NCBI GenBank assembly: GCA_027050205.1
Contig: JALUCS010000089.1
Span: 1-10,386, forward strand
DNA from: a candidate division WOR-3 bacterium
GTDB taxonomy: Bacteria > Hydrothermota > Hydrothermia > LBFQ01
Reading direction: 5' to 3'
DNA length: 10,386 nt
Part shown: positions 6,944 through 10,386 of the stretch, in pieces
Layout of the letters: each line of letters starts with the position of its first letter
How positions within the stretch are numbered: the first letter of the stretch is position 1
Program-made: the position numbers and the translations under genes
Notes under the pieces: generated by a model
What the model saw: only the letters and a program-made list of their open reading frames with translations
Database searches by the model: none
What the model was told of the DNA's origin: nothing

Positions 6944-8554
6944 ATGACCACGCTACTTATCCTCGGGTACCTCTCCAACACGGGGGCGAGTGGGTACTTT
7001 GACATTTTTGATTGGAGAGCCTCCACGGAGAAGCTGGTTAGCGGTGGTTATCTCAACTACCTTGAGACCACCATATACGCCGAGAAAATATGGAGTAGCC
7101 CTTATGGGATACAGGACTTCCTCCTCGGTTGGGGTTCCATAAACACCGTTCCCATCCGGAACCTTGAAATCTTCGCCACTCTGAAGGGTATAAACTGGTT
7201 AAACAAGGGACAGCTGGAGGACACCGCCCAGCTCAAAAGGTGGTTCGGTGGAATGAGGGACTTTGAGATGGGGGTGAAGTACCAGTTCCTCGGCCGCCGT
7301 AACTGGGGTCTCTCCGGTGTCCTAAGCCTCCTCCTCCCCACCGGTGAGAAGCAGGAGGGTGAGATACAGGTAGGTACCACCTACACCACCAACTTCAAGG
7401 TCCGTGAGGGTCTCCTCGGTGGTCGCCTCGGTGTATCCGCCGGCTACGACTTCATCAGCGAGCAGTGGTCCACCCGCCTTATGGCCAACCTAGCTCTGGG
7501 CTTCGGTTATAACGTAGATACCAAGCAGGCCGGTTTCGGCGACAATCCCCTCTTTGTGGCCTTCGGTATATTCACGTCCTACTACGACCTTGAGAGCGGT
7601 TTTGAGTTAAAGTATTACGGTCCCTTGAGCTTCAACAGCGACTTCCTCTTCGCTACCCCTATGATAAGGTACAGGTTCTTCAACGGAGGTCTCGTCCTCT
7701 CCGCCGGCACCAACGTCTCCATGAACTACTACGTCAACAGGTACTACCTCTCTCCCGATCAGCCGGAGAAGTGGGAGTGGAACTGGGAGCTGTTCGCCGG
7801 CGCCCACGTCTCTCCCGCCCGTATAGCCGAGAGGATGTACGGCCCGGTGGGTGGAACTGGTCCCGCCGTGTTTGCCGGTGGGCCAGCCGTCGTTCAGGCG
7901 GTTGAGGAGATGGGTCCGAGGACCCTCCTCGTGATAGTCGTGGACTCCCTCTCCGGTGAGCCTATTCCGGGTGCCAAGGTCCAGATCGTGGGGAAGGTAA
8001 GCACGGAAGGTACGACGGACGAGAGTGGTACCTACAGGAACGACAGCCTACCCGCCTCCAACTACCTCCTAACCATCTCCAAGGACGAGGAGAACTACCA
8101 TCCCATAGACGTTGGCGTAAATCTTGAGACGGACGCCGTCGTCAAGGTCAAGCTCTACAAGAAGCTCTCCCGCAAGCCCAAGCTCGTAGCGGTCGTGTAC
8201 TTTGACACCGATAAGACCATCATCAAGCCCAAGTACCAGAAGGAGCTGAACAAGGTCGGCGAGATCCTGATGAAGGAGCCGTACGCCAAGGTCATCATAA
8301 GGGGTCATGCCGACCGCAGGGGTGGAGCCTTCTACAACGAGCTCCTGTCTAAGAAGAGGGCGCTCGCCGTCAAGGAGTACCTCATAAGGCAGTTTGATTT
8401 GGACGAGAGCAGGTTTGAGGAGGTCGCCAACTACACCATCTTTGAGCCTACGGGTAAGGGCCTGTCCAAGGACCGTAGGGTTGAGGTGTACGTTCTCCTT
8501 CCCGAAGGTAGCGAGAAGAACACGAAGCAGGAAGGTGAGGGCCAGCAGAAGTGA
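6944..8554 (+). CDS. OmpA-family outer-membrane protein: N-terminal putative beta-barrel, carboxypeptidase-regulatory-like (prealbumin-fold) domain, C-terminal OmpA peptidoglycan-binding domain, 536 aa
   Basis: The C-terminal VYFDTDK...IIRGHADRRG...YNELLSKKRALAVKEYL...DRRVEV is the OmpA_C motif. The middle segment VVDSLSGEPIPGAKV...TTDESGTY...Y.LTISK is carboxypeptidase-regulatory-like. The N-terminal region is rich in aromatic and Gly residues with amphipathic strands. Confidence 0.88.
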   Translation: MTTLLILGYLSNTGASGYFDIFDWRASTEKLVSGGYLNYLETTIYAEKIWSSPYGIQDFLLGWGSINTVPIRNLEIFATLKGINWLNKGQLEDTAQLKRWFGGMRDFEMGVKYQFLGRRNWGLSGVLSLLLPTGEKQEGEIQVGTTYTTNFKVREGLLGGRLGVSAGYDFISEQWSTRLMANLALGFGYNVDTKQAGFGDNPLFVAFGIFTSYYDLESGFELKYYGPLSFNSDFLFATPMIRYRFFNGGLVLSAGTNVSMNYYVNRYYLSPDQPEKWEWNWELFAGAHVSPARIAERMYGPVGGTGPAVFAGGPAVVQAVEEMGPRTLLVIVVDSLSGEPIPGAKVQIVGKVSTEGTTDESGTYRNDSLPASNYLLTISKDEENYHPIDVGVNLETDAVVKVKLYKKLSRKPKLVAVVYFDTDKTIIKPKYQKELNKVGEILMKEPYAKVIIRGHADRRGGAFYNELLSKKRALAVKEYLIRQFDLDESRFEEVANYTIFEPTGKGLSKDRRVEVYVLLPEGSEKNTKQEGEGQQK

Positions 8555-8955
8555 TAGGGATAGTGGTGAGCCGCTTCAACTCTATCGTTACGGAGCGGCT
8601 CGTTGAGGGTGCAGAGAGGAAGTTGAAGGAAGCCGGGGTCCCGTACGAAGTGGTATGGGTCCCCGGCTCTTTTGAGTTACCCCAGGCCATCTCCCTACTG
8701 TGGAACAGGTACGACGCCTTCGTAGCCATAGGGTGTATAGTAAAGGGGGAGACGGCCCACTGGGAACATCTATCTTCAGCCGTGATCTCCTCCCTGATGG
8801 ACCTCGCCGTCAAAGGTAGGAAACCTATAGGTCTGGCCGTCCTCACCGTTGGCTCTATAGAGCAGGGTTTGAACAGGGCGGGGGGTAAGTTCGGGAACAA
8901 GGGGGAGGAGGCGGCGGAGGCGGTCTTGAGCCTTATAAATCTACCGAAGCGTTGA
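8551..8955 (+). CDS. ribH: 6,7-dimethyl-8-ribityllumazine synthase, 134 aa
   Basis: IGIVVSRFN, VPGSFELP, YDAFVAIGCIVKGETAH, EQGLNRAGGKFGNKGEEAA motifs. The GTG start overlaps the upstream stop (GTGA). Confidence 0.96.
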   Translation: MIGIVVSRFNSIVTERLVEGAERKLKEAGVPYEVVWVPGSFELPQAISLLWNRYDAFVAIGCIVKGETAHWEHLSSAVISSLMDLAVKGRKPIGLAVLTVGSIEQGLNRAGGKFGNKGEEAAEAVLSLINLPKR

Positions 8956-9012
8956 AGTTTGGATGTACGGCATTCTCGCCCGAACTTATCCGTTTAAGTC
9001 TGATGAGGGATT

Positions 9013-9038
9013 GCGGGGACTGCTCCTTACAGTTCCGC
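9013..9038 (+). terminator. GC-rich hairpin downstream of ribH, possible weak terminator
   Basis: GCGGGGACTG-(CTCCTTA)-CAGTTCCGC forms 9 bp with one bulge. There is no proper U-tract. Confidence 0.3.
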
Positions 9039-9040
9039 CT

Positions 9041-9046
9041 TACGAT
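9041..9046 (+). promoter_or_regulatory. Putative -10 element (TACGAT) of a leaderless transcript
   Basis: TANNNT exactly 8 nt (TCTAAGTT) before ATG 9055, the same geometry as at 4431 and 5400. Confidence 0.55.
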
Positions 9047-9054
9047 TCTAAGTT

Positions 9055-9564
9055 ATGACCTTTGACATAACGTCTAACCTGTGGCCTAAGAACGAGAGGT
9101 ACGCCTTCTTCAGGGACAAGAAGATAGTCCCTATAAAACAGGTGGGACCTCACTGCGCCTCAACCGTCCTGGCCATGCTCACGGGACAGACCCCGGAGTA
9201 CTTCCAGGGGAGGATCAACACGTAGGACCCCATATCTTGGTCCGACGCCCTAAAGGAGTTTGGCATGAAGCTCGCCTACTGCCCCTTTGACATCCGGAAG
9301 TTGAAGTTCTATATGAAGGAGCTGGTGGAGTTGGACGACCTCTTCCTCCTGTCCTACTACACGCCGAGGGATCCGAAGGTCCTCCTTAGGGATCCCGACA
9401 GCAGGGGATGGTTGGCCGGCTCACACGTCGTGATCCTCCACCGGGATAAGATAATAGACCCGCAAACTGGTAGGATAACGGACGCCTTTTCCCACAGGTG
9501 CAACGAGCGGCACACCAAGAGGATATTCAGGGTCGTCCCGAAGGATTACCACAGGGGGTTGTGA
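9055..9564 (+). pseudogene. Papain-like/C39-like cysteine peptidase ORF (169 codons) interrupted by in-frame TAG at 9223-9225; pseudogene, sequence error or recoded stop
   Basis: Manual translation: MTFDITSNLWPKNERYAFFRDKKIVPIKQVGPHCASTVLAMLTGQTPEYFQGRINT*DPISWSDALKEFGMKLAY...GSHVVILHRDKIIDPQTG.... It shows the C39-like Q-x4-C...LAML, H-V-V and I-D-P catalytic pattern. The ORF track shows only the 9265..9564 part. Confidence 0.75.
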
Positions 9565-9565
9565 T

Positions 9566-10378
9566 TTATATCTTTGACGTAAGCATCTCCCTCAAGTCCT
9601 CCAGAAGAGCCTCAAAACCGGCGGTATTTACGAAGAAGTTCCCCTTGTTCCCTTTCAGATACCGCTCTATATCCCTCCGTTGCCTTCCGGGTTTGCTGTT
9701 ATCGTCCTTGTGCAGTATGAAGTTGTTGAAGTAAAGCCCATCCATAAAGGATACGTAATGCACATCATCCCTATCCTCGGAGTACCTTATGAACTCTATC
9801 ACCTCCAGAACCTGTTTATCTTGCGCCCCTCCTGCCTCCTTCACGTGTTTGGCTTCTATAATGAAGAAATGCTTTCCGGATTTTAGCACCAGATCCGGTT
9901 CCTTCCCCTGATGCCCCCTCCCGAATTCGTACCTTATACCGAGTGCTTTTCTGAACTCCTCAAACGTATTCTCATCTCCCCCGTCAGGCAGAAAATACCC
10001 CGTAGGTGAGGCCATAAGCGACGTTATGTCCATAATATGGGGGACCTTTCCCAGGGTCCTTAGAATCAAACTCAAGAGTTTGTTGGTACCGACCTGTCCC
10101 TTCTTCCGGGATACACCGCTATCGTAGAGGGCCTGAACGACCACGTTGCTGTACCCCATCCTATCGTAAAGAGAGCGTCTCCTTCCGCAGTACTCCCGTA
10201 CGAGGGCCTCCAACATTCCTTTCCTGTCGGATAGTTTCCTAAAGAGCGAGTAGGAAAGATCTAACACCTTCCAGAAAGCCACGAACTCCGTATATTGGAT
10301 GTTTCCAACCCCCGTTATTATCCCGTAGATCTCGTCCAGTATCTTCGCCGCCGCGTCGCTATCCTTCTCCACCATCAC
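9566..10378 (-). CDS. Putative type II restriction endonuclease (PD-(D/E)xK nuclease), at least 269 aa
   Basis: EPDLVL...FIIEAKHVKEAGGAQDKQ (PD..ExK followed by GGxQ) and YVSFMDG. The frame stays open to the window edge, so the start (GTG 10378 / ATG 10375) is unconfirmed. Confidence 0.7.
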   Translation of the reverse strand: MMVEKDSDAAAKILDEIYGIITGVGNIQYTEFVAFWKVLDLSYSLFRKLSDRKGMLEALVREYCGRRRSLYDRMGYSNVVVQALYDSGVSRKKGQVGTNKLLSLILRTLGKVPHIMDITSLMASPTGYFLPDGGDENTFEEFRKALGIRYEFGRGHQGKEPDLVLKSGKHFFIIEAKHVKEAGGAQDKQVLEVIEFIRYSEDRDDVHYVSFMDGLYFNNFILHKDDNSKPGRQRRDIERYLKGNKGNFFVNTAGFEALLEDLREMLTSKI

Positions 10379-10386
10379 ACAATAGG

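Noticed and set aside
8551..8955. RibH short at the N-terminus, with K in place of the usual R in the I(R/K)GxT motif
   Set aside because: Within known lumazine synthase variation; the core motifs are intact.
8979..9010. Hammerhead ribozyme suggested by CGAA...CTGATGAG
   Set aside because: There is GAAC rather than GAAA, no room for stem I between the GTC site and CTGATGA, and no downstream GAAA.
1769..9886. Many alternative-frame and antisense ORFs inside tamB, the binding protein, lipoprotein, GT4, ompA-like, ribH and nuclease genes
   Set aside because: Expected by-products of GC-rich coding sequence; each overlaps a well-supported gene.

Overview
A GC-rich bacterial chromosomal segment. 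AGG/ATA codon usage and outer-membrane genes suggest a diderm, probably thermophilic, organism (inference only). Positions 1-800 are AT-richer and lack a convincing gene. A dense plus-strand cluster follows: tRNA-Gly(TCC), rpmB (L28), a TamB/DUF490-type protein, an orphan ABC-type substrate-binding protein, a lipoprotein, a GT4 glycosyltransferase, tRNA-Lys(CTT), an OmpA-family protein, ribH, and a papain/C39-like peptidase ORF interrupted by one in-frame TAG. A PD-(D/E)xK restriction-endonuclease-like gene converges from the minus strand. The most striking feature is how translation starts. Three genes have TANNNT exactly 8 nt before ATG and no Shine-Dalgarno (leaderless). Both CCA-less tRNAs end only 2-3 nt before the next ATG, suggesting tRNA 3' processing generates leaderless mRNAs. 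tamB appears to begin at a non-canonical ATA overlapping the rpmB stop (ATAA). TCGA is almost absent from the window.
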